A stretch of 64,000 nt of DNA from Candidatus Latescibacterota bacterium. GTDB lineage: Bacteria; Latescibacterota; UBA2968. The position numbers and the translations under genes were made by a program. The notes under the pieces are model-generated. The model made no database searches and was not told where the DNA came from. It saw only the letters and a program-made list of their open reading frames with translations. The stretch spans positions 21,256 to 85,255 of the forward strand of contig JAYODI010000004.1 in assembly GCA_038279365.1 (NCBI GenBank). Direction: 5' to 3'. Position 1 is the first letter of the stretch, and every line of letters begins with the position of its first letter. Shown here piece by piece: positions 39,410 through 48,876 of this stretch.

Positions 39410-39455
39410 AAAGATTATAATGAGGTCTTGGGTGTGTCCTTCAAGCACAATCGTT

Positions 39456-40553
39456 TTAGATACCGAGCAACTCAAGGGTATGCTTGCGCATAGATTCCCA
39501 ATCTTCCGGGATAGAAGTTGCTGTTTGGTATTTGGTGAGAAGAACATGACACCGTTCTAAATAGGCGTGGTTTTGAGCCACTTCACTGGCCACGACCAGA
39601 TACAGCTTTAAGCGAACCAAGTCTTCATAGCGACCGTCGGATATTTGTCGGCCAATTATTTTTTTGATGTACCGTTTTAGCCTTGTGCGTCTTGGGGTTG
39701 GTGTAACCCATCCGTGAAAGTTTTCGCCGTAATCCATCCAATCGTTAAAGCGTGTTTTACGTGCATTTTGTGCAAAGTTGAAAAGCGTTGCTAAAAGATG
39801 AGTGCGTGTTAACTGATAGAGATGGATTGGATTGGGTTTGTCTGCTTCATCTGGATTGAGTTTGTATTGTGTTGCCCATCGAATTAAGTTTTTTAGGTCT
39901 TCGGATGCAGGAATATTGTTTAGAAAATGTTGACTTTTATTTGCATATTTGACTTGGTAATCGCCTTGGAGTATCAGGTGCGCATCGCAAATGGCAAGCA
40001 ATGCCTTAGACATCTGCGAAATTAAAAAAGACGCCTCATCTTCTGTTGGTTGGCGCGTTTCAAAGTGTGCTGAATATGCACCTAAGAAACACCAAAGCCT
40101 GGTATGCAAGAGTTTTTCGCCTTCACAAAGTGGCATGGCGGTGTTGTGCATTTGGGGAATAGCTTGGAGCAAATCATTGGGCCCATAAATGACGCGTCCA
40201 CCATATTTGAGGTCGTAAACATATTGCGTAAAAGGCAGATTGGGCAGGCTTTGCTTTTGGCGACTTTCGATATGCACCCATTTGACACCGAGTTCTTTGG
40301 CAAGATGCCGTTCTACTAGGTGTAGCTTTTTGGTATCAACGGATTCATTGGTAATCATTTCAAAATCATAATCGTTTTCTGGGCGATATTGACCATTTTG
40401 GAGCATAAGACCGCCTTCACCACGGCCAAAACCGCCCACCAAAACGAGCCCTACCATTTCTTCAAATTCGGATTGAAGACGGTTGGTGATCACTTGAAGG
40501 TCACGATCAACCTGTTGGTCCATGAGTAGATTTTTTTGAACAGTATAGGACAT
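39456..40553 (-). CDS. Pol-beta-superfamily nucleotidyltransferase-like protein
   Basis: LVGGFGRGEG followed by NDYD (hG[GS]...DxD), helical C-terminal domain. Confidence 0.7.
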   Translation of the reverse strand: MSYTVQKNLLMDQQVDRDLQVITNRLQSEFEEMVGLVLVGGFGRGEGGLMLQNGQYRPENDYDFEMITNESVDTKKLHLVERHLAKELGVKWVHIESRQKQSLPNLPFTQYVYDLKYGGRVIYGPNDLLQAIPQMHNTAMPLCEGEKLLHTRLWCFLGAYSAHFETRQPTEDEASFLISQMSKALLAICDAHLILQGDYQVKYANKSQHFLNNIPASEDLKNLIRWATQYKLNPDEADKPNPIHLYQLTRTHLLATLFNFAQNARKTRFNDWMDYGENFHGWVTPTPRRTRLKRYIKKIIGRQISDGRYEDLVRLKLYLVVASEVAQNHAYLERCHVLLTKYQTATSIPEDWESMRKHTLELLGI

Positions 40554-40558
40554 AGGAA

Positions 40559-41992
40559 TTATGGTGTTCGAAAGCGTGCAAGGAGACGGGTTCGAACGAT
40601 CTCGACAATATCTTTGTCAAATATAAAGATGCAGAGCATATAAATGAGTGTGGTCATTGAGATGGATAATGCCACAAACAGAGGGTGTGTGATGCCGATA
40701 AAGGTTTTGATCAATCCGCCGATGAATAAGGTAATGAGTGCAGCAAGGCAGGCTTTCCAAATAGCTGGCAAATAAGACACTTCAAAGTGGCGCTTAAACC
40801 AGATAAAATAAATTGGCGACACACCCACCATTGCAACAACAACAGCTATGGCGGTTCCTGTAATACCGTAAAGAGGCGTTAACCAATACACCAGGCCTGT
40901 CACTGAAACGGCAGAGGCCGCAACGACGGTGAGAAAAATATTGGTCTTACCCTTTAGGATGGCAATGTTTGCCCAGTGACGAAAAGTGCCCCTAAAGACA
41001 ATGAGCACCATAAAAATTTGAAACGGAACAATGGCGGGTTGCCATTTGTCGCCAAAGAGAAATGTGATAATGGGCGTGGCCCAAAGCAAACTGATGATGG
41101 CAGGCAAAAATAGAATAACGGCTGAAAATCTGGTAACAAGTTCAAAGCCACGTTTTATTTGGTTGTCATTTTCTGCTTTGGCAAAAGCAGGATAGGTAAC
41201 TCTGTCGAGGTTTTCAATATAACCCAAAATGGTGTGTGGAATTGTAAAAGCCATCCAATAATATCCCAATTGGTCATCTCCAAGCAGCTTGCCCACCCAA
41301 AAATCATCAATACGCCAATACCAATAGCTCAACAGCCCAGATGCTGAAAGAGGCAGGGCAAAACGCAACATATCGATGACTCTGTTACGTTCGAGAACCC
41401 ATTGTGGGCGATAAGGCACCCAAATCCAAATGAGAATGGCTTGACTGATCTCATATGCCAAAATACCCCAAAATAAGCTCCAAAACCCAAACCCTTTCCA
41501 GGCCAAATAGATAGAGACGATTGGTTTGAGTAGCTCTCCAAAGAGCGTAATACGAGTAACAACGTAAAAGTCGAGTTCTTTTTTTGCCAATGCAAGTGGG
41601 GTGCGTAACCATCTCAAAATGAGAATTCCGGCACCGATTTGCAGAGGCAAGCCCAGTTGGGGTTTGTCCAGATGGTGCATCAAAAATGGGCCAAGTGCAA
41701 TTAATAAGAGCCCCACAAAAACATTGAGCAGTCCCTCAACTGTAAAATAGGCATGCAAGGCTTTTTGAGGGTCGGTATTGTCTCTTATAATTCCTTTTTC
41801 ACTTTGTAGAGAGGTGATGCGACCTGCAAGGTCAAGGGCAAATAGCAGAAAGGCCATTTGCCCAAATGCTGCTGGGGCGAGTAAACGAGCCAAAACAAAT
41901 TGGCATCCCAATGAAATGCCTGTAACTCCCAGGCGCAACAAAGTGACCAAACGGGCAGCTGTGAAGGTTTTGTCAAGCAACTGGTTGGTCAC
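40559..41992 (-). CDS. wzx: Wzx (WzxC-like) oligosaccharide flippase
   Basis: 'VLARLLAPAAFG', 'GKLLGDDQLGYY', 'VTYPAFAK', 'FGDKW'; about 12 or more TM segments. Confidence 0.88.
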   Translation of the reverse strand: MTNQLLDKTFTAARLVTLLRLGVTGISLGCQFVLARLLAPAAFGQMAFLLFALDLAGRITSLQSEKGIIRDNTDPQKALHAYFTVEGLLNVFVGLLLIALGPFLMHHLDKPQLGLPLQIGAGILILRWLRTPLALAKKELDFYVVTRITLFGELLKPIVSIYLAWKGFGFWSLFWGILAYEISQAILIWIWVPYRPQWVLERNRVIDMLRFALPLSASGLLSYWYWRIDDFWVGKLLGDDQLGYYWMAFTIPHTILGYIENLDRVTYPAFAKAENDNQIKRGFELVTRFSAVILFLPAIISLLWATPIITFLFGDKWQPAIVPFQIFMVLIVFRGTFRHWANIAILKGKTNIFLTVVAASAVSVTGLVYWLTPLYGITGTAIAVVVAMVGVSPIYFIWFKRHFEVSYLPAIWKACLAALITLFIGGLIKTFIGITHPLFVALSISMTTLIYMLCIFIFDKDIVEIVRTRLLARFRTP

Positions 41993-42219
41993 AAGGCCAT
42001 CTCAATTTGAGGTGATAACAAAAAAAATAAAATCATGATGTTTTTTGGGGTTTACAGGTTTGTTTTTGGCATTTTAGATGGTGGATTATTTCAGTGATGA
42101 TGGCGTATTTGTAACAGTTATGTGAATGGGCAATGTTTACGGAATTTATTAAAATATAAGTACTTGCGCAACACAAAAGCCCATTTTTGTTTTTTTTGAA
42201 AACACTGTAATTGCCTTGA

Positions 42220-42235
42220 TGCAAACTTTATGCCA
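42220..42235 (-). promoter_or_regulatory. Sigma54 promoter driving the wzx-led polysaccharide operon
   Basis: Minus strand TGGCATAAAGTTTGCA = TGGCA...TTGCA with exact GG-N10-GC spacing. Confidence 0.75.
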
Positions 42236-42306
42236 CTCCTGGCGGGTTTTGCTGGTATCCATTTGTAAAGATAGATTGAATGATTTGGGACGATCAATTT
42301 TCGAGA

Positions 42307-42328
42307 CAATGTGATTTAGATCACTGTT
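42307..42328. promoter_or_regulatory. CRP/FNR-family-like binding site
   Basis: CAATGTGATTTAGATCACTGTT matches 18/22 positions of the E. coli CRP consensus AAATGTGATCTAGATCACATTT. Confidence 0.55.
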
Positions 42329-42548
42329 CCATTTTTGAAAATGATGTATGTTTGCTTTTAATGCTTAACTGGTATAAATTTATATAAAAAAATATTCGGC
42401 TTAATGAAATGTCCCAAAATGCTTGATTATTATTGTTTGATGTAATTGTATGAAGTCCGTTTTATGATTTTTTTTATATCTGGGCCGCACAAATAATTCG
42501 TCGGGAATTGTAGGTGTTGTGCGTGCAAGAATGATGCTGTCGATGTCT

Positions 42549-42581
42549 GGGCTCGACGTGTATTTACGTCGGGCTCTTTTT
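42549..42581 (+). terminator. Strand-specific intrinsic terminator inside intergenic region
   Basis: GGGCTCGACGTG-TATT-TACGTCGGGCTC-TTTTT; 12-bp stem with three G-U pairs that form only on the + transcript. Confidence 0.6.
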
Positions 42582-42695
42582 GTGATGGTTGAAAAGTGTC
42601 ATATTTGGTGCATATCCGATGGATAATGCCATGTGTTATAAAGGTGATTTTTTGTAAGTTGTTTTAAAACAGTATGTTTTTTATTTTTGGTTTTT

Positions 42696-42711
42696 GGGCA
42701 TATAAATTGCA
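42696..42711 (+). promoter_or_regulatory. Sigma54 promoter of the giant secreted protein
   Basis: GGGCATATAAATTGCA = GG-N10-GC with TTGCA, ~115 bp upstream of ATG 42828. Confidence 0.65.
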
Positions 42712-42827
42712 TTATTATGTGTGTCGTATGAAATACCAAAAACAATTTCGTTTAGAGCAATTATTCAAAGGCATTTTAAATGGTTCAAAGTTGTAATCAA
42801 TCAAATTTCTACTGGGGGGTAGATAGA

Positions 42828-45800
42828 ATGAAGCAAGTTGTGAAGGGTTTGTTTGGTTTTTCAATGGTTATGGCTTTTTTGCTTGGGGGCATGACAAATG
42901 CTGCTCATGCAGAAAACGTCACTTTTCGTCTGATTAATTTGGATGGTGTGGCTATTACGGGCGATATCCAAGGGTTTCGCCAATACAGCTCCAGTCCGTG
43001 GGCTCCTTCTCCGGCAACAGTTGATGTGGGAAGTTTGCCAACAAATGTAACTGTGAACAGTAAGTTTATTGGTCTTTATGGTTCAACGGTGCCTCAACAA
43101 TCAGTAACAACAACCAATAAGATTGTTGCTGGTGATAGCCTTGTGATTGATGGCTTAAGCAAGGCCGAGCTTTTCCGTGGTCCAAGTGTTTCAGGGAATA
43201 CTTCTGTTAATATCGTTTATAATGCGGTTCAGCCCACTTTTGGCACTGTGGGTATTAACGGCAACGATTTAACGGGTGGGCAAATCATTTTTCCCGTATT
43301 TAATCAAACCCATAACGCACCTTATACACCCGCTGGTTTTGTGATGCACAATTATGGCGTTAGTGTTCGTGGTCGTGTAGGGACAAATGAGACGCCAACC
43401 AAGATCATTAATATCAAACGCAATACCATTGCGACAATTGATGGTCAAAATGTAAGTAATGTAACGGAGTTGCCTTATTCTGGAACGCGTGTCAATTTCA
43501 AATTTGGTGTTTTTGTTCTTCCCATTGCTGTTGTTAATAGCTCTGGTGCACCTATTGCGGGAGATATCAAGGTTGCTAGTGGTACATTTCAACCTTCACC
43601 TGTCACGTTGTTCAACCAATTACCTGGTGCACAAGTGGCTATTCAGGGCCGTGTGGGTACTGCTACCAGTGCAAACAAGGTTATGACGTTAGACCCCAAT
43701 ACAACCTATAACATTGCTTGGGATGGTGCTCTTTCAACTCAGAACACACCTGGCGATGCCAAGGTAAATGTGGTGTATTCCACGGTCTCTTATGATGTTG
43801 TGGTTCGTGACTTAAATGGTGCAGTAATCTATAATGTTGATAACACAACGCCTATGGGGCAAGTATCTGTTGTTGGACAAACAACGGGTTTTGTTGCAAG
43901 TGGTTTTGGAGGCACGATTCAAAGTGGTGGCGTCATTGATGTGAAGGGGCGCTTTGACGACTTAACTTCTTCCAAACAACTTCGAATGGTGAAAGACTCA
44001 ACGCATGTGGTGAGCACGGGGAATGGCGTTGTCAGCCGAATTTATACACCGGGTCAATCTCGTGTTGAGTTTCGTTTTGATGCAATTTTGTTTACCACCG
44101 AAATCATCAATGAATTGGGTTTTAACATTGAGGGTGCCTTGGTTCGTGTTGTAGACTACACCGACGTGAATGGTCTTCCTACCTTTGTCAACTCGCCCTA
44201 TTCTATAAAGATTCGTGGTGGAAATGACTTGAACATCGAAATGCAATATGCAACTTATCAGGAACAATTCAATATTAATACAGTAGGTGGCACTGTTTTC
44301 TTGTATGATGCAAATGGTGCGGCTGGCACAACAGGAACGGATGCCAATAAGGGTGGTGCGCGTGCACAAATTGACGATGCACCCGTCACCATTCGTACCA
44401 CCGATGGCACAAACCCTATCAATGGAAAAATTAAACTTGGTGGCCAAAATTTTGTTGATTCACCGATTGTTGATTTGGCAGCTTTAGATGGTGATGTGAT
44501 CAACATTGAAGCCGAATACTTGGGTTCATTGCTTGATAATGTTGAAATCACGATTAAAGAAGATGTGACACAAACAATCAATGCAAGCAGCGTGCCCCCT
44601 GTCATTACAGAAACACCAACACCGGGCGCCACGATGATTGATGTGGTGTTTGCGCCTACCACGGTTTCAATTGTTGTTACCGACTTGGCTGGCAATTTGA
44701 TTTACAATATGGACGGTACTACCTTAATGGGTGAGGTTCTGCTCAATGTGGGTACCAATCCTACGTTCCAGAAAATGAAAGATTTGGGTGTTGATGGTAT
44801 TACGCACAACACATTGAGTGGCACCACGCTGGGTGTGCGCGGTCGTTTTGACGATTTGACAACAGGCTTTTTGTCTGCACTTGTTAAGGCCAATCACACC
44901 ACTGTCATTAGTGCTGGAAATGGTGTGGTAAGCCCGCCTGTAAGCACTCCAGGTGTGACACGAATTGAATTTCGTTTTGATGCAATTGAATTTACCACAG
45001 AAGTTATCAGCGACTTAGGTTATAACATTGACAATGCGTTGGTTCGCGTGGTGGACTATACGGATATCAATGGTGTTGAAAACTTTGTGAATTCCCCATT
45101 TGTGATGAAGATGCGTGCTGGCAATGACTTGAACATTGAACTCAAGTATGCCACGTATCAAGAGCAATTTAACATTCTCTCACAAGGTGGCACCGTTTAC
45201 TTGTTTGATGCAAGTGGTCCTGCTGGCACAACTGGCACAGATTCCAATAAGGGTGGTGCACGGGCTCAGATTGACGATGCTCCCGTGACCATTCGCACCA
45301 CCAATGGGGTTGATCCTATTGCGGGTAAGATCAAGTTGGGTGGACAAAATTCTGTCGATTCACCCATTGTTGATTTGGCAGCACTGGATGGTGACGTTCT
45401 CAATATTGAAGCCGAATATTTGGGATCATTGATGGACAATGTGGAAGTCACTGTGAAAGAAGATGTGACACAAACCGTTGATGCTGGAACGGGTACCATT
45501 ACAGAAGTATCCACACCAGGTACGACATTGATCAACATCTCTTTTGCAGAAATGACAGTAAATGTTTTAGCCACAGACTTAAATGGGAATCCGATCTTAG
45601 GCTTAGACGGGCAAACGGTATTGGGTGAAGTATTTGTTAATGGTCTCACACCAAGCTTTGTGCCATCGGGTTACACGTTCCAATCGATTAGTGGGAAGTT
45701 GTTTGGTTTTCGTGCACGCTTTGACGATTTGAACTCCACATTTTTGGGTGTGCCAGTTGTCAAAGGCAAGACCATTCCAATCAACGTCGCCAGCAGCACG

Positions 45801-48521
45801 GTGGGAACCGCATTTGATTCACCAGATGGATCAACCCGCGTTGAAATGCGTTTTGACCCAGTGGTATTTACCACTGATGTGTTGAATGATTTGGGTGAGA
45901 ACCTCAGCATTGCCAAAGTGCGTCTTGTGGGCATTACCGATGTGGGTGCAACGCCTACATTTGTGAACTCGCCATTCTTAGCCGTTTTGCGCAATGGCCG
46001 TTTGCTCAATATTGAAGTGGCATATGGCTTGTTTGAGTCACAATTTGACCTGACTGTTGTGAGTGGTTCGGTTCAAGGTTTTGATATTGCAGGCAATTCA
46101 ACAGGGTCTTCGCCCGCACCTGCGGGGCAGGGTGGTGCCCGTACCATCGTTGATGATGCAACGGTAACGATTCAAACGGTTGAGGGCACAACACCTGTTG
46201 CGGGTACGGTTAATGTCGAACTGTATACCAATTTATTTGAAGGCTCACCTGTTACAATTGATGCCATTCCTGATGGCACACCGATTGAGATTGAAGCCCG
46301 ATACAATGGGGTCACGCTCAATACGGTTGCAGTAACAGTTACGGAAGATCATACCATAACCGTGAATGCGCTTACAGGAACAGTTGGTCAAGCCGTATCA
46401 ACACCAGGCACCACATTGATTAACCTCGACTTTAAGCCCAATGTGCCACCCGTGTTAAGTGTGTTGACAAAACCAACCAATCCTTCGGTTCCTGTGTTGA
46501 CCAGTGACGTTACTGTTCAGGGGCCTGTTTATGATGCCGATAACAATTTGGTTTCTGTGGTGGTGACCTTGGATGAAGGCACACCAAACGAAATAGTTGT
46601 TGTGGCAACGCTTACAGAAAACAACACGGTGTTTACCGCAGAGTTTTCTGGGGTGAGTGATGGTTCACACGCGCTGAAAATTGTTGCAACAGACGCATTT
46701 GGTGCAACTGATACAAAAACATCAGAATTTTTGGTGCAAACCAATTCTGCACCCGTTGCTCAAGCTGGTGAAGATCAACCCGCGGTTTCTGCAACAGGTA
46801 TTTTAACAGCTGTCACATTGGATGGATCACTTTCAAGTGATCCAGATGAAGACCCATTAACATTTGCTTGGACCGATGGTCAGGGTGCCCCTGTTGGTGC
46901 CGAGGCTGTTGTGACATTGAGCTTGCCCTTGGGAACGCACACCTTTACCCTTACGGTTAATGATGGTAAAGGTGGTACGGCCACAGATGATGTGACCGTA
47001 ACCATTGTGGATGTGACAGCCCCCGTAATTACGGCAATTGACGCACCCACAACGGTTCATTGCTCACCCGAAGGTAATACTTTTGCGGTGACGGTAACCG
47101 CACAAGACAACGTGACAGCCCCTGAAGATTTGGTTTATCACTGGACTGTAGATGGTGTCATTTTGGAAGGTGTGACGGGTAACAGTGCTTCTATTACTAT
47201 AGAAGGTCTTGGTGGTCACACGATTGTTGTCACTGTGCGTGATGGTGCTGGCAATGTATCTAATCCCGACACGGTTGGTGATGGTGAAGTTAGTGGTCTC
47301 TTTGTGGTCACATTGGATGACAACACTGCCCCCGATGTGGTTGCTGAATTGATTCCTATTGTTCAAGATAACGGTGACAGCAAGAGCAAAAAGAGCTCGA
47401 AGAGTTCAAAGAGCAAAAAATTGGCTTACGAAGTCAATCTCGAAGCCACCGATCATTGTGATCTAACACCAGTTGTCACGGGTGTTATTTATCAACCTTT
47501 GAACGAGTTGACCGATGATGTGCAAGTGAAGTTCAAAGACAGCAAGAATAAGAATGAGATTAAGATTCAGGTTAAAAATGACAAAACAATTGTTACACTC
47601 TATGGACAAGATGAAAGTGCCTTGCGTGCACTGCTCTTTGGCCCAGTTGGCTTGCCTGGAGAAGGCGCTATAGAACAAGGCGGTTTCTCTGTTGTTGATG
47701 GTCAGATTTTGGTCTTAAGTGCCTCGGATAATGATGACGGGGAAGACGATAACGATGGTGATGATGATGGAAAAGGCAAGAGCAAGAAGAGCAGCAAAAG
47801 CAAGAAAAGCAAGAAGAGCAGCAAGGGTAACGGAGATGATAGTGGCTCAGACAATGGGAACAATGGCAAGAGCCATGTCAGCAATGATCAAAATGGTGAT
47901 GGTAACGGTAATAACGGCAAGAGCGAAGTAAGCAACGACAATAACAGTGGTGTAGCAAGCAAGGACAGCAAAGACAAGGGCAAGAAAAAGGCTGGTAAGA
48001 TTGTCTTGTTACAATCTGAACGTGTTTTAGGAACGTTTAAATACACCTTTGAAACCAACGACTTAAATGAGTTGGTGCTTGTTGAAGTCTCTGGCCCTGT
48101 TGTTAAGATGCTGGCTTTTGCCACTGATGCTTCTGGGAATATTTCAGAAACCATCGAAGTTTTCCCACCCGCGCACAACTTGTCGAAGCCGGTGTTGACC
48201 AAGCCAGTGTTGACCAAACCTTTGGCTGACAATACTTCGGAATTGACATTTGGTTTGGGCCAAAATTATCCAAACCCATTTAACCCTTCAACGGCCATTC
48301 AATACACTTTGTCTGAAGCATCCGACGTTCGATTGGTTGTTTACAATGTGCTCGGACAGCAAGTGCGCGTGTTGATGAATCGCACGCAAGGGGCTGGTGT
48401 TCATACGGTTGAGTGGAATGGTGATGATGAATTAGGCCGTCAGGTTGCTACAGGGGTGTATATTTATCACCTTGTAGCAGGCAAGAACATGGCCCTGAAA
48501 AAGATGATCTTCTCCAAATAG
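42828..48521 (+). CDS. Giant secreted beta-rich repeat protein with PKD-like domain and FlgD-Ig/T9SS-type C-terminal domain
   Basis: Signal peptide MKQVVK...AAHA; tandem ~100-aa beta modules; PKD-like 'APVAQAGEDQ...LDGSLSSDPD...TFTLTVND'; terminal 'QNYPNPFNPSTAIQY...VYNVLGQQV...WNG...ATGVYIY...KKM'. Confidence 0.88.
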   Translation: MKQVVKGLFGFSMVMAFLLGGMTNAAHAENVTFRLINLDGVAITGDIQGFRQYSSSPWAPSPATVDVGSLPTNVTVNSKFIGLYGSTVPQQSVTTTNKIVAGDSLVIDGLSKAELFRGPSVSGNTSVNIVYNAVQPTFGTVGINGNDLTGGQIIFPVFNQTHNAPYTPAGFVMHNYGVSVRGRVGTNETPTKIINIKRNTIATIDGQNVSNVTELPYSGTRVNFKFGVFVLPIAVVNSSGAPIAGDIKVASGTFQPSPVTLFNQLPGAQVAIQGRVGTATSANKVMTLDPNTTYNIAWDGALSTQNTPGDAKVNVVYSTVSYDVVVRDLNGAVIYNVDNTTPMGQVSVVGQTTGFVASGFGGTIQSGGVIDVKGRFDDLTSSKQLRMVKDSTHVVSTGNGVVSRIYTPGQSRVEFRFDAILFTTEIINELGFNIEGALVRVVDYTDVNGLPTFVNSPYSIKIRGGNDLNIEMQYATYQEQFNINTVGGTVFLYDANGAAGTTGTDANKGGARAQIDDAPVTIRTTDGTNPINGKIKLGGQNFVDSPIVDLAALDGDVINIEAEYLGSLLDNVEITIKEDVTQTINASSVPPVITETPTPGATMIDVVFAPTTVSIVVTDLAGNLIYNMDGTTLMGEVLLNVGTNPTFQKMKDLGVDGITHNTLSGTTLGVRGRFDDLTTGFLSALVKANHTTVISAGNGVVSPPVSTPGVTRIEFRFDAIEFTTEVISDLGYNIDNALVRVVDYTDINGVENFVNSPFVMKMRAGNDLNIELKYATYQEQFNILSQGGTVYLFDASGPAGTTGTDSNKGGARAQIDDAPVTIRTTNGVDPIAGKIKLGGQNSVDSPIVDLAALDGDVLNIEAEYLGSLMDNVEVTVKEDVTQTVDAGTGTITEVSTPGTTLINISFAEMTVNVLATDLNGNPILGLDGQTVLGEVFVNGLTPSFVPSGYTFQSISGKLFGFRARFDDLNSTFLGVPVVKGKTIPINVASSTVGTAFDSPDGSTRVEMRFDPVVFTTDVLNDLGENLSIAKVRLVGITDVGATPTFVNSPFLAVLRNGRLLNIEVAYGLFESQFDLTVVSGSVQGFDIAGNSTGSSPAPAGQGGARTIVDDATVTIQTVEGTTPVAGTVNVELYTNLFEGSPVTIDAIPDGTPIEIEARYNGVTLNTVAVTVTEDHTITVNALTGTVGQAVSTPGTTLINLDFKPNVPPVLSVLTKPTNPSVPVLTSDVTVQGPVYDADNNLVSVVVTLDEGTPNEIVVVATLTENNTVFTAEFSGVSDGSHALKIVATDAFGATDTKTSEFLVQTNSAPVAQAGEDQPAVSATGILTAVTLDGSLSSDPDEDPLTFAWTDGQGAPVGAEAVVTLSLPLGTHTFTLTVNDGKGGTATDDVTVTIVDVTAPVITAIDAPTTVHCSPEGNTFAVTVTAQDNVTAPEDLVYHWTVDGVILEGVTGNSASITIEGLGGHTIVVTVRDGAGNVSNPDTVGDGEVSGLFVVTLDDNTAPDVVAELIPIVQDNGDSKSKKSSKSSKSKKLAYEVNLEATDHCDLTPVVTGVIYQPLNELTDDVQVKFKDSKNKNEIKIQVKNDKTIVTLYGQDESALRALLFGPVGLPGEGAIEQGGFSVVDGQILVLSASDNDDGEDDNDGDDDGKGKSKKSSKSKKSKKSSKGNGDDSGSDNGNNGKSHVSNDQNGDGNGNNGKSEVSNDNNSGVASKDSKDKGKKKAGKIVLLQSERVLGTFKYTFETNDLNELVLVEVSGPVVKMLAFATDASGNISETIEVFPPAHNLSKPVLTKPVLTKPLADNTSELTFGLGQNYPNPFNPSTAIQYTLSEASDVRLVVYNVLGQQVRVLMNRTQGAGVHTVEWNGDDELGRQVATGVYIYHLVAGKNMALKKMIFSK
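43790..46435 (+). repeat. Three ~0.88-kb intragenic tandem repeats (~295 aa each)
   Basis: RFDDL recurs near 43950, 44844 and 45717; copies 1 and 2 share long near-identical stretches (NKGGARAQIDDAPVTIRTT, DSPIVDLAALDGDV); copy 3 is diverged. Boundaries approximate. Confidence 0.85.
48186..48220 (+). repeat. 15-bp tandem repeat encoding KPVLT-KPVLT-KP
   Basis: AAGCCGGTGTTGACC AAGCCAGTGTTGACC AAACC. Confidence 0.8.
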
Positions 48522-48546
48522 TTTGGAGCAGAAAGCTTGATAAACC

Positions 48547-48580
48547 AAAAGCCTGGTGGATTTCCACCAGGCTTTTTTTT
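48547..48580 (+). terminator. Intrinsic terminator of the giant gene
   Basis: AAAAGCCTGGTGGA-TT-TCCACCAGGC-TTTTTTTT, 25 bp after the stop codon. Confidence 0.9.
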
Positions 48581-48814
48581 GGAGAATTACATTTTAAGAT
48601 TGGCATATTATTGGAGGGATTTGGAACCAGGTATTTAACTTTTTTATATCTCCAGTTGCAAGGCCACGTAAAAATGGGATTGTAGCAAAGGGATGTGATT
48701 AAATTGAAGGGGAGATGTTCAGGTTTTTGAAAATGAAGGTTTGCGTCTATTTTTCAAAGGTATATTTGTGATCCCTTGCAACGACCATGTTGTTGTGATA
48801 AAAGGGTTAGAACC

Positions 48815-48850
48815 AAAACGCCCGATGGTGTCAAGACCATCGGGCGTTTT
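48815..48850 (-). terminator. Intrinsic terminator after the Wzy/ligase gene
   Basis: AAAACGCCCGATGGT-GTCAAG-ACCATCGGGCGTTTT, perfect 15-bp stem. Confidence 0.85.
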
Positions 48851-48876
48851 TGTAGCAAATTGGTTTTTGCACGAAT

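Noticed and set aside
42033-42309. Two 63-aa minus-strand ORFs in the divergent intergenic region
   Set aside because: No RBS or recognisable motifs; they overlap the sigma54 promoter and leader.
43790-46435. CRISPR array or mobile-element repeats
   Set aside because: Repeats are long, in-frame, coding and diverge at synonymous sites; no spacers, cas or transposase genes.
42828-48521. PEP-CTERM/exosortase substrate
   Set aside because: The C-terminus is an NYPNPFN FlgD-Ig/T9SS-type domain, with no PEP-TM-basic tail; no exosortase seen.
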